Of a DNA stretch of 33,208 bases, positions 32,681 to 33,208 are shown piece after piece (the first letter of the stretch is position 1; each line of letters opens with the position of its first letter). The DNA lies in the NCBI GenBank assembly GCA_023645945.1, contig JALAIB010000092.1, positions 1 through 33,208 on the forward strand. The letters are read 5' to 3'. This stretch comes from Diploschistes diacapsis. Lineage: Eukaryota. The notes beneath the pieces are model-generated. The model did no database searches. It was not told where the DNA came from and saw only the letters and a program-made list of their open reading frames with translations. The position numbers were made by a program, and so were the translations under genes.

Positions 32681-33208
32681 GGATTCCAGTCTGGAGATTT
32701 ACGGATGAACCATTCCTCAAAGCTGGTAGAGGGCAGGGTTCTACGGTGATACGGCTGCGACAGCGGTTAGCATCGGCATCCAGTCTCCGGCGTGACGATC
32801 GGGTGCTGTTGGCCTTGCGGCGCCGGTCTCCATACTTGTTTGGGTGCCATAGAACTTCCATGGAGGCGGCGATCAGCGCTGCGCCTTCATCCCGGTCTCG
32901 TTTCCTCCCCTCCCTGTCCAGTCCCTCATTTTTATACCTTCCGTTTCCTCTTCGCATACAATATCCCCCACCTCACCGCCATCACCCGCGCCATGCTCCT
33001 ACACCCCACGCCCCACGTATCCTTCCGCCGAAAGCGTGCCTCGACTCAACCCCCTGGCACCAGCCCGAATCGGGGCCCATTCTTTCCCACACACGGAAAA
33101 AGCAAAAACACCGCAGGGAGCAAGCAGAGCCCGGTTCGCCCGCTTTAATCGGTGTACAGGCCCGGCGGGGGGCGGGCCTTTGGGCACTGCCAGTGAGTGA
33201 TTTGAGGG

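Noticed and set aside
32792..33208. Short ORFs at the right edge
   Set aside because: No recognisable domain; probably UTR or promoter sequence of a gene outside the window.

Overview
Eukaryotic DNA from a filamentous ascomycete, inferred from short 45-85 nt GT-AG introns with CTRAY-like branch points, the gene families present and a RIP-like signature. Conserved genes: a divergent pair of an STL1/LatA-like sugar/polyol transporter and a LadB/LadC-type polyol dehydrogenase, an RWD-less IMPACT protein, an SDR, a DHA2 MFS efflux pump, a DAO-family FAD oxidoreductase and endopolyphosphatase PPN1. Accessory DNA lies between them. (i) A ~9 kb block (about 4.0-12.9 kb) holds an apparently intact HNH-nuclease gene, a 32-codon acyltransferase-3 scrap, a frameshifted ankyrin gene resembling an NLR remnant, and an apparently intact ~985-aa four-exon gene with an N-terminal Cys/His motif. 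(ii) A 1.08 kb Mutator-like relic has TIRs, a degenerate 9-bp TSD and a RIP-like damaged reading frame. (iii) A three-exon small secreted protein gene is not resolved by the ORF track. (iv) A gene-poor stretch covers 25-30.5 kb. All exon models and family calls were made by eye; no database searches were run.
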